The notes under the pieces are model-generated. The model did no database searches and was not told the DNA's origin. It was given only the letters and a program-made list of their open reading frames with translations. This document shows, one piece after another, positions 24,464 through 38,563 of a stretch of 64,000 bases of DNA (the first letter of the stretch is position 1; each line of letters starts with the position of its first letter). Both the position numbers and the translations under genes were made by a program. This stretch comes from Balanoglossus misakiensis (taxonomy: Eukaryota; Animalia; Hemichordata): NCBI GenBank assembly GCA_040954595.2, contig CM082582.2, forward strand, positions 9,725,483 through 9,789,482, written 5' to 3'.

Positions 24464-27400
24464 CATTTACTGCAAATAAAGATAGTGTGGTATTTATAGA
24501 TCAATAATGCATTGCCTGTCTGTATATTTAAATTAAAATTATCTGATCTGTGATGTACTAAAAATACTTGAGAATTTGACCGGAAACTGTGTTGAAAATG
24601 TCTAGGATCCCAAGCATCTCACAGTCTCTGTCAAAGAAGTAAGTATCATTTTATTCTTCAGTGGTTAAGATAAGGACCAGTGACTGTCTACTTTTCCTAA
24701 CATGATCCATCATTTTACCAGCCCACTATCATAGTCTGCCTATTTTTTTCTTGGCTGCAATATAAACATGCTGTCTGCTTTGCTCAAGCCAAGGAAAGAC
24801 AGACGAGATACTAAAGCTATCATTTTACCAGCTGCTTTGTACAATTTTGTTTGTAAAACTAATTGTTTCGTTCTGCCTATACTTTCAGAAGTTTCCCGCA
24901 ACACATCAGAAAAGGAAAATGAAGAGCAAGTTTCCCTTCGTGGAGGGACAATGATATGATGCATGTGGGCAATTATGATGTGCAGTCACTTCTAATTTAC
25001 ATATGCCCACATATGGTAAAAGAACATGTATGTTCTTATGATTATGCAGCAGTATAATTTTTTTGCAGCGTACACCCAGTAAATATCTGTGATAAGCTAG
25101 ATCTCCACTTAGTTAAATTTGCATAGATGACCATGTACTCTCTTAAGCCAACTGTTGACATCAACTGCCAAATAATGACATGGTTTTACGCCTAACGCCG
25201 GGCGAGTGGTGTGGTTCAGTGAAGGTCAAGTACACAGGGCATTAATTGGTGAAACTGAAGACAGCCTCTGGCAGAAGAACTTGATGAAGTTATGCGTTAT
25301 CTTGTACATCGACAACTTGCCTTAGATGGACACCAAAGTTGTCTGGTCGAAAGATCATTTGGAAACAAACTCATTTGGGACTGTGTAACAAATTACACAG
25401 TTCATTCTATGTGGCAGTCTGAAAATTTGCTGTTAGATTCATCAATCATCAGACGGCCATGGGAGTTAATCTCTTCATTGCTTTCATACTCCGGGAATTT
25501 CCACAGGATAGTTTTTTTCCTTGTCTAAACTCCTGGACACAATGTATCACAAACAACCGCCGAAACGCCAGACTCAATCATAACATAATTTGCGACTAAT
25601 CTTTTTTTGCGCCGCGATCAAAGGTAACCAGACCCTGGCGACTGTGGTGTGTACCTTTCTTTATTATGTCTAAACCAGGCGGAACTGGGCGATAACTAGA
25701 CAAACTTAGCTGTGAAGTGTGCTGTAGCCCCACTTCAGGCGGCATTGTGCCTGCGCGAAACCGTTGTGGGGAACCTGAATAGCTGATGAAATGAGGCGTG
25801 CAAGTCTTCGTGTCCTGTGTCCGGCCTGTAAGATAATCTTGTAAAACAATGTCAGGGCGTGCAGATGCCAGCAAGTGGATACATTGGATAGTTTCTGATT
25901 ACAGAAGGATAAGGCAGGCTAGCTGACCATACTTTGCAAAGCAGAGAGACACACATGCAGCAAAGGCTGACACTTCTCAGCCAAGGACTTGTAATGATGA
26001 TGCGGTGATGAAAGATGTCTTTATGTTTTACGTAAACTTTGCCAGAGCTAACATTCATGATGACAACTGGAATTTGGAACAGGAGAAAACATGCACAGGA
26101 ATGTGTGTGATCCATATAGGTCCAGAACCTTACCGTCTGATTCAGGTTCATTTGTGTGGATGAGTCTGTAATAGAATATAGCAACACACTGGCAACCTAT
26201 ACACTCTAGTTGAACTTAGACAAGTGCCTCTCAGCTTCAAATGACGGCTCTACCATACAACTACCACTCAAATACCAACTCAAATAACGCAATCATTACA
26301 TTTTCTTTACATGCGTGATATTATGTGTCACCAGAAATCAAAGGTACATTTTGTGTTTAGTGTTCCCTCTTGTACTGGTACAGTTTCGGGTTAACCGCCA
26401 ATCAAAAGTTGAAGTCATGGGAAAATGATCTTAATTGTTGTTCCTGAAGAGGGACCAGACTTCTCAACTCTTTCACGGTCTGTTACAGATCCGTTAATTT
26501 AATCATCCAAATAGTTTTGACCTGATTCTATCCATTTGACCTTTCGGGCATAAAATGTAAATAACCCCAGGGTGGTGTTTTCTGTGTGCATACTCCAGTT
26601 TTTGTAACAAACTTATAAATCAGATGTATATTGGTGGACAATGTGCCGGCGGGGTCAAAAGTTGCAGCCAATATTTACATACCAGACTCATCTAGCTAGT
26701 AATTTAGGGGTGATTTATCAGAGCAAATGATAGTTCTAAGTCGTAAAGAATGACACGTTTTCACATCGATGGCATACAGGACTGAGTTTTTCTCTTGTGT
26801 CGATCTGCCTTGCTGGTCATTACTCCCACGGATTGAAGAAGTGTGGAGATGTTTGCGATATGAGACAAAGATTCTCCCAGGCTAAACCAGTTTCTGACAG
26901 CTTAAATGTGTGATAATTTCATCCCAGACAAAGTTGTACCGTGTTCGATCCTTAACAGATGGCCCATTTACGTATGTGGAAGTTCATTTTGTGTTCAAAC
27001 ATATGTCAGTTCCATTTTCCAATGTATACTTCATCGAACTGTAACGACTCAATAGGAGGTTGTTTTCAGTAAGCTTGTGGAGAAGAGTTGTACGATACAT
27101 CTGTCACATCATTTCTGGTACAAGTTAAGAGCACCATGTAAAATTCCCTGCAAGTTTCGACGCAACACAACTCGACAGCTGTGACTTGTCTGAATCCTGA
27201 AGTGAAAGTTCAAACTCCCTGTTGTGTACATTGCATCGTATTACATGTCCATATCCCAGAAGCAATCCAAAGAAAGGACAGAAATTTATTTGTGTGTTCC
27301 ATTCAGAGGAAGTTTACTTGGGGAAACATAAATAATGTTGTTTTCCTCTGTCTTTCAAAGAATGCTGTTTTCTTCCGGAATCAACAGGATATGAATCACT

Positions 27401-28141
27401 ACAGGTAGACAATAGGGATTGATGTTGTCTGTTGCCATTCCACTAAAGGCCTGGTGTATGTAACAGCATCCTCTCGTGTCAAATCTATGTGACCATTTGT
27501 TTTTTCTTTGGTGAAATTTGGGCACAATTATGTTGGATGTTGAAAAATTCACACAAGGTTGATATTTGTGGAATATGTAAAAGGCAAATAGAAACTTTTG
27601 AATACATTTATCTAGTTCAACAAAACCACAAGGACAAAAATGTACAAAGTATTTTTTTTGTTTATTTGCAAAAAGCTTTTTTTAGTTACATTTTGATTGG
27701 TAACAAAAATACATGGATTTGAATTCTACTAATCAAAAATGTTTAAATCTTATAATGATTTGAAATCGTATGCTAATTTCTTTTGCTAACATATGTATAT
27801 TTATTTTGGTTTTGTATGTTCTGTGTAGTCAGTTTCCATAGTTACTCAATTTTGGAAAATCTATGTTGTAATGTATTTTGACTATTCAAATTGAAATTAG
27901 TAGCAACTCAGCTGAATATATACATGTCACAAGAGTTCATATTTCATATAAATATAATTAGGTAATATCAGAAATATTTACAGATGGTTTGTCAATCACA
28001 AGATCAGTGATTTCGTTCTCTGTGACATAAATTTTCACATAGTACCGATGCAGTTAGTTTGTCATCTCGACGTGAAGGTACAACAATCACGCCTGCAGTT
28101 CTTGACATTCATCGTACTGAGAAAGTCGGCCATTTTGATGA

Positions 28142-31100
28142 CTATTTCAGATCTTCCTGCAGATCAGTGAATGCGCGGGTGACCCTGGCAATCTTCTCCT
28201 CCATGGCTTTTTTGCTGTTTGCCGTCTCCACGAGTAGCTGCCTCATCTCCTCCTCAACTTCAAGCACCTGGGTGGGGGGAGAGGGGAGGGGAAACGTGTC
28301 AATATTAGAAGTATAGAAAGTATTCTGTCACTGCCAAGTGAGAATGATGCCAAATTCTACAAAAACAGCACAAGCGAAAATACATGTATTACATTATTAC
28401 ACTGACCCTCTCATTGGCTCCTTCGATCTCGTGTTGCTTTTCCCGGTGCAGTTGTTCCATTTGATCCTCGTGGCTTCTCTGTGCTGCTTCCAGCTGTTTG
28501 CGGAATGCATCATCCACGGATCTCAGCCTCTCCGCTGACAATCTGGTCATGGAGAAACCAAAAGCACGTCTGAATATTTTTTTTTGCCAAACGGACCTCC
28601 ACAAACCAGGCCCTATGCAGGATTGTCTAATCACACATCTGATGTTTACCGTACTCACTTTTCAGAAGCTATGGCTTTATCTCTTTCATCTTTCAATGTC
28701 CTCTCCTTCTCCTCATAGTTTTCTTTGACCTTCTTGACCTGGGATTCCAAGGTGCCGATCAGCTCGGCCCTCTCCTTCCATTTCTTGTCAAGTGCTCTGG
28801 ACGGGAGAAAAAAAATGACAGTCAGACATCTGAGACTGATTCAAAATGACTGCTGTATGTCTTTGAGATGGTATGGATCACCATTCACGTGTGTACAGAA
28901 CTGGCAAAAAACTTTGTGAAAAATCATGCCATATTAGACATTTTTTACATTTCCAAGGTAACACACACAAGGTAGTGATCACTTACTGGTGGGCGCTTCT
29001 ACTCTCATCCAGTTCTGACTGCAATTCGGCCACTTGTTGTTTCAATTGTTCCTTCCTGTCCGACAATCTCTCAATGCCGTCCTGTAACTCCTGATTTGCC
29101 GTTTTCTCTTCTCCCAGTTGTTCCTCCAACGTTTTCTGGATCTTCAGAGATTCTTCGCGGGCTTCTCTTATTTCATTGTCTCTTTCCACCAGACCCTATG
29201 TTACATGAAACGGGACAGAAAGTTAACCCTCTGAACGCCATAGTCAACATGTCACCATTTTTCACAAATTTAACCTCACAACTTATTTTTCTACAATTTT
29301 CATCAAGACCTGTCTGCCATTTTGCAATATCTGCACAAGACTTCAAAACAAAACCACTTACTTCCTTTAAGTTCCTTATGGTATCAGTCTGATCTTCGAT
29401 CATCTTAGTTTTGATCTTCAATGCGTCTTGAGATCTCTCGTCCTGTTTCTTCAGGGCAGACACCTCAGCTGTCAACGCGTCTATTCTGGCTTCCAGACGA
29501 CCTCTGTCTTGGGCAAGGTTGGCACCTGAGAAAGTCACACACACAGAGAATCAGCAATATGTACATGTGTCTCAGTTGCTTACATTTCACTTTCTCTCTA
29601 ACAGAGCATTGACATGATTTTTTCATGACATAAAAACTTCTCCCCACACACCTTGGCTAGCTAATTCTTGACTCCACAATCTCTTTTCAGCGCGCAGACC
29701 TTCAATTAACGACTCCTGAGCTGTGATCTGCGACTGTAATTTGCTCTTGTCTTGTTTCAACATTTCCATTTGAACCATTCTTCGTCTGGCTTCATCCAAA
29801 TGAGCTTCCACTGTCTGAAGACGCTCCTGCAGTAAAACAATTCAGACATGAAAGCTATCTTTTTCATACGTTAGACTGAGTGCAACAATATAAGAAAAGT
29901 TGACAGTGCACGTTTTCAGGGCTGTGTACGGCTAGATAGGAATTGTACATAAAAGGTAAAAATGACAAACCTTAGCTTCAGTTAGTGCCTCTTGTTTCGA
30001 CTTGGACAACTCAGTAAGTCTACCCTTCTGTTCCTTCACCATCTAAATAAATAAATAGTTTGTGTTCATCATCAGTTTATACCATTTGAAGAAAATTTGT
30101 TCTTGTCTACGTCAAACATCTTTAGGAGAAAGCTAATATACAACAGTTTTTCCAGAGTTACTTGGCTGATTATGGACTATTTTATAACTCTTACCGCTGT
30201 GAGTTCATTCACCAGATTGGTAGCTTTCTTCTCTTTCTCCAAGGCACCTAGTAGTGACTGTTTGTGTGTTGCAGCTTCTTCTGATGTCCTCTCAAAGGCT
30301 TCTTGCACCTGTAATGAATAAGGCAGATTTGCTAAGAGCCGATTGACAGCATAGAGATTTCAGAAACGTGGTGGAGGGGGGGGGGGGTAAATTTGATAAA
30401 ATGGGGCAGCTTTCCTAACACTCACAATTACAGGAACAGTTAACAGCCCCCCCCCCCCCCCCCAATTCTTACCTCCCTGAATCGGTTAGCTTCAATCTGT
30501 AAGGCCAGTCTGAACTCGTCTTCCAAGTCCTGATATTGCCTGGCTGCAGCATCAATCCTGTACATAAGAATGAGAGAGAGAAAAATTTATGGCAAAAGCT
30601 CTGGTTCTGATTTCTCAGTAGAGTAATAGTGTGAGAAAAATCATCCTAAAGTAACTGTCATTACGCCCCCAAAAATACACTCACCTTTCTTTATACAACC
30701 TGATGTCAACCTCACTTCGTTCCTTTTCTTTCTCCACAGCTTTGATGAGAATGTCTTGAATCTCTTTGCTGTCCAAACTGTACCTGTTTTGTTGATTTTC
30801 TCTGTGCACAACAAAACACACCAGCAAGATAAATATCAAAACAAAAATAATCTTGAATACCGAGGTTCTCCTTGATAAACACTTTCCATTCAAAATTTGC
30901 ACTGCAAAAGAAAACTTCTAGGAATTGTAAGCATGTACTTTTTCTCTTGAACAGCCAGCAATTTGTTTTTTTTTTGTTTCTGACCCCAACCTTTCAACTA
31001 CAACCCCAGGTAGCCATGGCCACTGCACGAGAGAACCAATCAGCACTCTCACCTGTGCTCTTGCTCTCGAATGGCCAGCAGTTCTTGCAGCTGTTGTATT

Positions 31101-34100
31101 TTGTCTTCGTGTTTTTTCGTCATGTTTCTGAGTAAATCCACTTCCCTGTTGGCGGCCGCTGCTCTCATCTGAAATTCCTGGGTCTTCTTGGCCTGAGTGG
31201 AAATTTTTGAGGAAACCAGTTCATATTTTGGCTGTGGCTAGTTCTCCACATCTACATGTATATACCGTCATCATTTCACCACATGCTGAACACCAGTGGC
31301 ATTCACCCCCCCCCTCCCCCTCCGTACATGGATTCAACCACAGCATCAACAACCTACCAGGGTTGAACCACACTTCTGTGGTGTACGGGTGAAACGCTGC
31401 AAGATCACTGACCTCATGAGCTTGTTGCTGTAGTCGTCCATTCTCAGCTTTGGCAGCAGTGGCTTCCATTGCTCTCAGAGCTCTTCTCTGCTCTTCCTCC
31501 GCCTCTTGGCATGCCTCGTACTTCTCAGCCAAGTCAGTTAAATTTGCCTGTATTAAAAAAAAGTGTTCAAGTAACATACATTCATAACAAGCCTTGTCAT
31601 CATTGTCATCAAGTGACCACTGATTCTTTCAATAAATACTTTGTTTTTCTTTCAACTGATACAGGTAAAGATTTCAGTTTGGTAAGAATTTTTTTTTTCA
31701 CATCTACAACTGCAAAGGAACACAACTATAAATCTAAGTTAATGCAACAAACCTCCAATTCTTGGACTTTGTTTTCTAACTTTGTCTTGGCTTCTTTCTC
31801 GTTCATCAACGCATGCTTCAGTCTGCTGGTGGCTTCTATGGCAACGCCCTGCAGGTCGCGCTCATCTGTAACTACACACATACAGCACAACAGGAATTAA
31901 TTACTCTGCAACCAGGACAACTCTTCACAAGTGGGCTCTGTCAGCTTCATAGATGTGATTGCAGGAAGAAGGAGTTAAGAAAGAGAGAGCTAATGATTTG
32001 TGTATGATTAACCCCATGTAATGACAGTGAATCTAACCTTTGGATTGTAATTCTTTGATGTGGTCTACCAGCTTCCTGGCTGCCTGCTCCGCCTTCCATC
32101 GTCTCTCTCTTTCACTGTCCAGTTCCTGCATCAGTGCCTGTGAATAAAGGGGAGGGAGGGAGTGAGGGGGAGGGAGATTACATCACTCTGTATGTCAGTG
32201 GATGGAGATTTGGTCACTGGTGAAAATGTCAATCAGAACTATGCTTGCGATTGGCTAGAGTGTTACTGGAATTGTCTACTGATCGACAGAAGTGAGTTAC
32301 ACCTCTATGCTTGTATGTGTATGCGATGTCAAGAAATAATGCTTACCAGTTTGTCTGCATCTTCCTGCACACTGGTCGGCACCACTCGTTCAGGAAATTG
32401 GTCCGTCCCGCTGGTTGGTGAACTTGAACGTGGTCCTCTTCTGCTCAGTGTATCACGACTAGCAGTGCTGGATGAACTGTTAGAAAAATAGGAGAAACAG
32501 TTTTTCAAAAAAATTTTCATCCATGTATCACCTCGTTTTCTGTAACTATGATTTCAGTGATTGATCCAGGATTTTGTAGGACTTTCTAAGAGCTTAGACA
32601 CCTTCTAATTCTGTGTACCTTATTCCTTTTGTCTTCACAGCCTTTCCTTTTTCCGTTCTCCCTGGCACACTTTTCTTGATTTGAGGTCCTGTTCGTCCTC
32701 CACTTTTCAATTTCTTCCCCTTTCCTTCGCTGCTGGCTTTGGTCTTTTCCGCTTCACTGTCATCCGTTTCTGCATCTGAAATTCAGTGATATAGCATCAC
32801 AGCCATGGGCACACACCTAGTGTGAGAGATTTCTGTGAATGAACCTATCGTCCACTTGGGCTACCTCATGCACAAGGTGTGACAGCAACCCCCTTAAGAT
32901 ATACATATACTTGTAAGTTTGCTGTCTCTACCTCTTTTTCCAGGAAATTTCTTTCTCTTCCTCTCCTCAGAAGCACTCCTCTTCCCAACAACATCAACAG
33001 ATGAACTTGTTTCTGTGGTTTCCTCATCATCTCCTCCCTAAAAATTAAGTGATCACGTAGAAAAACAGAATTGGCTACTTGGTACAGTCCAGATCAAAAC
33101 ACCTATTCTAATTAGCTAACATAGGGCTAATACTGGATTGGTCAAGTTACCTAAATACCACAATTACATTAATCACTGCGCAAAGAAACCCTACCTCTCT
33201 CCTGTACATGAGATCTGCGAGCTGGTGCTCTAACTTTTCCAGTCTTATCTCGTGGTCAGTTGGGATCTTCCTACCGTGTGGAAACTTGGCCTGAAAAATA
33301 GACAGAAGGTTGGAGAATAGGAAGAAAACTTGCCAATGATATCAAAGGTCACCAGAGGGGTCTGGATGCAAAGAGATACTGAAAAGTGGTGTGTTTTGGA
33401 ACATCTCATTGCAGGATACTGGATATGAAAGAAGAGGATCTTTACCTTACTTCTGGGCGAAGGCAGCCTGGCTGCCGTTACTCTGACCTCGGGGGAACTC
33501 TCCTGGTCAGTTGTTGTTGTAGTTTGCTCCGTCGTTGTGCCTCTCTGCCGGAACTGGTCCAGTGCTTTTTCAATTCTTGGGAATGCCAGGTGTATCAGAT
33601 TTTCCTGTAATTTGGAAAAAGGCATGTTTTCAAGTATGCACAAGTATGTTGTTGCATAATGTGTTCATAAAATACGGTAGATTGAATTGCATCACTGACA
33701 CTGTGGATGAAACAGTGCTTTCATTTCAATGTTCCTATACTTACCTGTGTCTCTGAGGGTGCAGGAGCTGGCTGTCCGGGATTAGGGGCTGAAGACATGA
33801 GATAGTCCAAATAATCCTCGAGACCTGCTCAAGAGAAAGGAAGATTATTACACAGTGGTTCTTTCAATATTGCCAAATTGATCTTTTTCATCAAAGCAAC
33901 AGCATCTTGAAACTGCAATCCTTTCACTCACTGTCACCTCACATCTTAATGTATCATCATGCTCTATCCTCGCACACATTGGTCAAATGTGTATTTGCTC
34001 TGTCTACAGCTTATACCTGGAATGTCGGAGAGTCCGTTGTCTTTCTCAACAACTTGACCATTTCTGTCAGTACCATCAAGAACATCCAACTGGGGAACGG

Positions 34101-34945
34101 AATGCATTATTCCCGAACGATATCCTACACACAAAAGAAATAAATTTCCAGTAGTTAAGTAAATTTAATTGCTAATGAATGTATTTATTAGCATGGCCAC
34201 TACCTTAGAGCACCATCAGATATTAACTTAGATCCTAACCTGGAAGCTGACATATTGGGTTTTCACTCCCATCATGCATCAGTGTGACATCACTCAGATG
34301 GATGCAGCCAATCAGACACTCCACGATGTGATTGACAGAACTGATCTGGTTGCCATGGAGATCTAATTTCTTCAGTTGGTAGTCTGGTCCTTGCAGCTCA
34401 ATCAGTCCGCTCAAATCGACGATGTTGTTGTAGGATAAATTTAATTTGGTCAAAGATCTGTCAGGAAAAAAAGGGATGATTGATGCTCATCACTCAGAGA
34501 TTTCCAACCTTCCAAGTCTTGTCTTACATTTTTATACAATGATACTGTTTTTACCAATGTACTCATGTATGGTGTGTGTGTGTGGGGGGGGGGGGGGGGG
34601 TAGTGTGACATGTACTTACACAAGTCCCGTGAGGCCTTTCACCACAGAGATTCTGTTGCATGACAAATTCAGAGTCTTCAGCGACACAAGCCCCTCTAAT
34701 CCTTCAATCTGACTGATCAGGTTGGAGGAAAGATCCAAATGTTTCAAAGTCCTCAGATGGTGAAGGTTTTCAATTCTGGGAATGTTGTTACAGTGGAGGT
34801 TCAAAGTCTGCACCTGTCCCCTCAGTGGGACTTCGTGTAAACTGTTGATATTGGCGTCAATGAGAACAACTTCGTGTGGTGAATCTAATTCTAAGAACTC
34901 TTCCGACATTCCAGTCAACTTCACCTTCAGATTTTTCCCACTCAT
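28142..34945 (-). CDS. LRRCC1: Leucine-rich repeat and coiled-coil domain-containing protein 1 (centrosomal), ~23 coding exons
   Basis: N-terminal LRRs (LNLHCNNIPRIENL, LDLSSNLISQIEGL, LNLSCNRI, LDLHGNQI, NPICQLPGY); coiled-coil exons (QESLIEGLRAEKRLWSQELA, LAQDRGRLEARI, IKTKMIEDQTDTIRNLK, VEEEMRQLL); TAG at 28144-28142; 5' UTR exon donor at ~35272. Confidence 0.9.
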
Positions 34946-35140
34946 TTTGACAATCTGTAAATATATTGACAGAAGTACAGAGAATCATTTGTTTATTTGT
35001 AGAAAGTGATAAGCTAGTTTCCATGGATACACAAACACATAATGTCGTAATGACACAAAGTCATGCTAATAGTAATGCTAAGGCGGTGGCAGGACTACGG
35101 ATTAACACGCTACACGACCATGCCGAACGATCGAAACCTG

Positions 35141-35220
35141 ATGGAGCTACCGTGACAGTAGCTCTGCGTGGCAGGGCTGTCCTGCCACGCAGAGCTACCG
35201 TGACAGTAATTGTAGCTCCA
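35141..35220. repeat. Short palindromic element in LRRCC1 intron 1
   Basis: GTAGCTCTGCGTGGCAGG-gctgt-CCTGCCACGCAGAGCTAC hairpin, inside outer TGGAGCTAC/GTAGCTCCA inverted ends, with a direct repeat GAGCTACCGTGACAGTA. Confidence 0.7.
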
Positions 35221-35696
35221 CCCAATGCCATGATCGAACGATCATTGGATCAATATATATATAGACACTCACCTGTGTTGATTACAGAGCTACGTGCGTT
35301 CCACTAAAATAGCTTGTACGGTGAAAATTCCACTCGTCACTTTAGCCATTCATCATCATGATGACTGCGACCACACGGATGATGATCATTTAAACATCCA
35401 ACGCTGCCCGTTGTTTTTGTACAAGTTCCAACAAGAATATCGACTTCTCCGGTTCGTACAATTCCAAGTACAAGCACATGGAAACATATAGAATGACAAT
35501 CGCAATGTTGCACATGAATTAATTTAATGTTTTAACGCACCCACTCACTTTTTTCGTTGCAGAACGACACGCATACTACCGATTTCACTAATTTTGACAG
35601 GTACTCGCTGCTAAAAGCTTCCACTTCCGGGTATTTTCAAAATACGGCGCTGGCGTTTGTTTGTTGTTAATTATGCACTCCAGGGTAGGTACCGAA

Positions 35697-38563
35697 TAGT
35701 CTGGTTCCCTGCCCCAATCCCACCGCTGGCTGCGCTATGCTAAATGTACGCGCTTGGTGTCTATACTGGTGAAAAATTTGTTTTATTAATTTAGTCTGTT
35801 AGAGATGATTTTATTTAGACTGGAATTAAATTTACTAGTATCTCGGATTAGTACATTGGCAAATCCCACAGTCCTTTGCGCAAATCAAAATGGCGGCGCC
35901 CAATGTAAAAGTTTCTAACATTCCAACACTTGGTGGCGACATTTACGATTCCAACTGGTTCATGTCGTTAGTATCTCACTATGTCATGTGCGAATCTATC
36001 TGGCAATGTACGCGCTTGGTGTCTATACTGGTGAAAAATTTGTTTTATTAATTTAGTCTGTTAGAGATGATTTTGTTTAGACTGGAATTAAATTTACTAG
36101 TATCTCGGATTAATACATTGGCAAATCCCACAGTCCTTTGCGCAAATCAAAATGGCGGCGCCTGTATATGTACGTCCTCGCCTCGCATAAAGTTAAAAAA
36201 GTGACCGTTTAACAAGTTGTGAGACGTTTTGTGGCGATTCTTTGTCCCGTATGAATGAATTGTGAATGATAACGGCGATCGGTGCGCGAATTTTGGTCCA
36301 CAGATGGAAATTTCTTGTCGAAACCACTGCGTTATAAATAACACTCGCGCACTGCATTGGATGACGTCACGAAAGTTTCTAACATTCTAACGCTTGGTGG
36401 CGACATTTACAATTCCATAACAGACCTGATTCATGTCGTTAGTATCTCACTATGTCATGTGCGAATCTATCTGGCAATGTACGCGCTTGGTGTCTATACT
36501 GGTGAAAAATTTGTTTTATTAATTTAGTCTGTTAGAGATGATTTTATTTAGACTGGAATTAAATTTACTAGTATCTCGGATTAGTACATTGGCAAATCCC
36601 ACAGTCCTTTGCGCAAATTAAAATGGCGGCGCCCAATGTAAAAGTTTCTAACATTTCAACACTTGGTGGCGACATTTACGATTCCAACTGGTTCATGTCG
36701 TTAGTATCTCACTATGTCATGTGCGAATCTATCTGGCAATGTACGCGCTTGGTGTCTATACTGGTGAAAAATTTGTTTTATTAATTTAGTCTGTTAGAGA
36801 TGATTTTATTTAGACTGGAATTAAATTTACTAGTATCTCGGATTAATACATTGGCAAATCCCACAGTCCTTTGCGCAAATCAAAATGGCGGCGCCCAATG
36901 TAAAGTTTCTAACATTCCAACACTTGGTGGCGACATTTACAATTCCAGAACAGACCTTAGCGTCTATGCCAGAACAGTACCCAATGCCTTCCAAATAAGA
37001 CTGTTTGTCAAAAGTGCGAATCTATATGACAATCTACGCGCTTTGGGCCTGTTCTGGTCAAAATTATGGTTTATAATTTAATGTGTTAGAAATAATTTTT
37101 ATGTCGACTGGAATTAATTTTACTATATCATCTAGAATACATAGAGTGATAATAATATTTATGGTGATATGTGTTTGCCTTACTGTTCACCAATGGGCAT
37201 GGATCGTCCAAAATAAATTTGACAACACATAAAATTTATTCAAGATGCTAGTAAGATTTAATTCCAGTCTACATGGCGTGATATATACTGTTTGTGCATA
37301 TTATTATTGAGATTTTAAGTAACAAATGTCTACCTACTGTGAAACAGTCCCAATGCAATGGTAAACAGTTTGGCAAATTCATAACACCAGTAAATATATC
37401 ATAATCAGTACGTGTATAGAGTTAGGCAATAAATGCCTAACCACTGTGAAGTCATCCATGCCCAGTGGTGAACAGTTAAGCAAAGCCGTATCACCGCCTC
37501 ATAGTCCTTGTATCACTCCGCGCTTTAGTTAGGCAGGAAATGTCAGCACCGTCAACTGCCGGCCATCCATGTCCCATGTTGAACAGTTAGGCAAAATCAT
37601 AATCACCGTTAATATTTAATCTCTCTATGTATTGGGTTAGGCAACAAAGTCAAGCCACCGTAAACAGTCCATGCCCAATGGTGACCAGTCAGGCATCGCC
37701 GTGACACACGGCCCTGCTGCGCAGAGCTATCCCACTGACAACATGCTCGCTTTACCCACGGTCACCGTCCCCTAACGTACGGTTGTCTTGTGTCGTATAC
37801 ACTGCCGTCCCTAGGCGCTGCGTGGCAGGGTTGTGTTTTACGGCGATGCCTCCACACCACAGTCCGTAGGCACCACACCACAGTCCATAGCCTAGCATAG
37901 GAAGCTGCAGCTAGCGATTTCTGCGCAGTGGTTTCGACTAGAAATATCCATCTGTGGAACAAAACTTGTGCACCGATGGCCGTTTTCGTTCACAACTCAT
38001 TCATTCGGGAAGACGAGCTGCCTCAAAACGTCTCACAACGCGTATTATGGCCCCTTTTTCAACTTTATGCGAGGCGAGAGAACGGACAATAACAGCCGCC
38101 ATTTTGATTTAAGGAAGCGTGCGCAAAGGACTGTGGGATCGGCCAATGTATTAATTCGAGATGCTAGAAAATTTAATTCCAGACTAAATAAAATCATCTC
38201 TAACACACTAAATTAATAAAACAAAATTTTTCACCAGAACAGACGCCAAGCGCGTACATTGCCAGATAGATTCGCACATGACATAGTGAGATACTAACGA
38301 CATGAACCAGTTGGAATCGTAAATGTCGCCACCAAGTGTTGGAATGTTAGAAACTTTTACATTGGGCGCCGCCATTTTGATTTGCGCAAAGGACTGTGGG
38401 ATTTGCCAATGTACTAATCCGAGATACTAGTAAATTTAATTCCAGTCTAAATAAAATCATCTCTAACAGACTAAATTAATAAAACAAATTTTTCACCAGT
38501 ATAGACACCAAGCGCTATGCTAAAGCGCAGCCAGCGGTGGGATTGGGGCAGGGAACCAGACTA
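35697..38563. mobile_element. Composite element: TAG...CTA hairpin MITE (perfect 39-bp arms, 9-bp TSD) interrupted by a 2.77 kb inverted tandem-repeat insertion
   Basis: GGTACCGAA at 35688-35696 and 38564-38572; arms 35697-35735 and 38525-38563 are exact reverse complements; TATGCTAAA at 35736-35744 and 38516-38524; 262-bp units start at 35744, 36006, 36477 and 36739, with inverted copies at ~37970-38515. Confidence 0.9.

Noticed and set aside
25750-25800. Hammerhead-like words GAAAC and CTGATGA
   Set aside because: Stems I and III and the cleavage triplet cannot be formed
26400-27420. Decayed coding-like sequence between RBIS and LRRCC1 (possible E2F or transposase remnant)
   Set aside because: Frames I translated are broken by stops and no family motif could be recognised; needs TBLASTX
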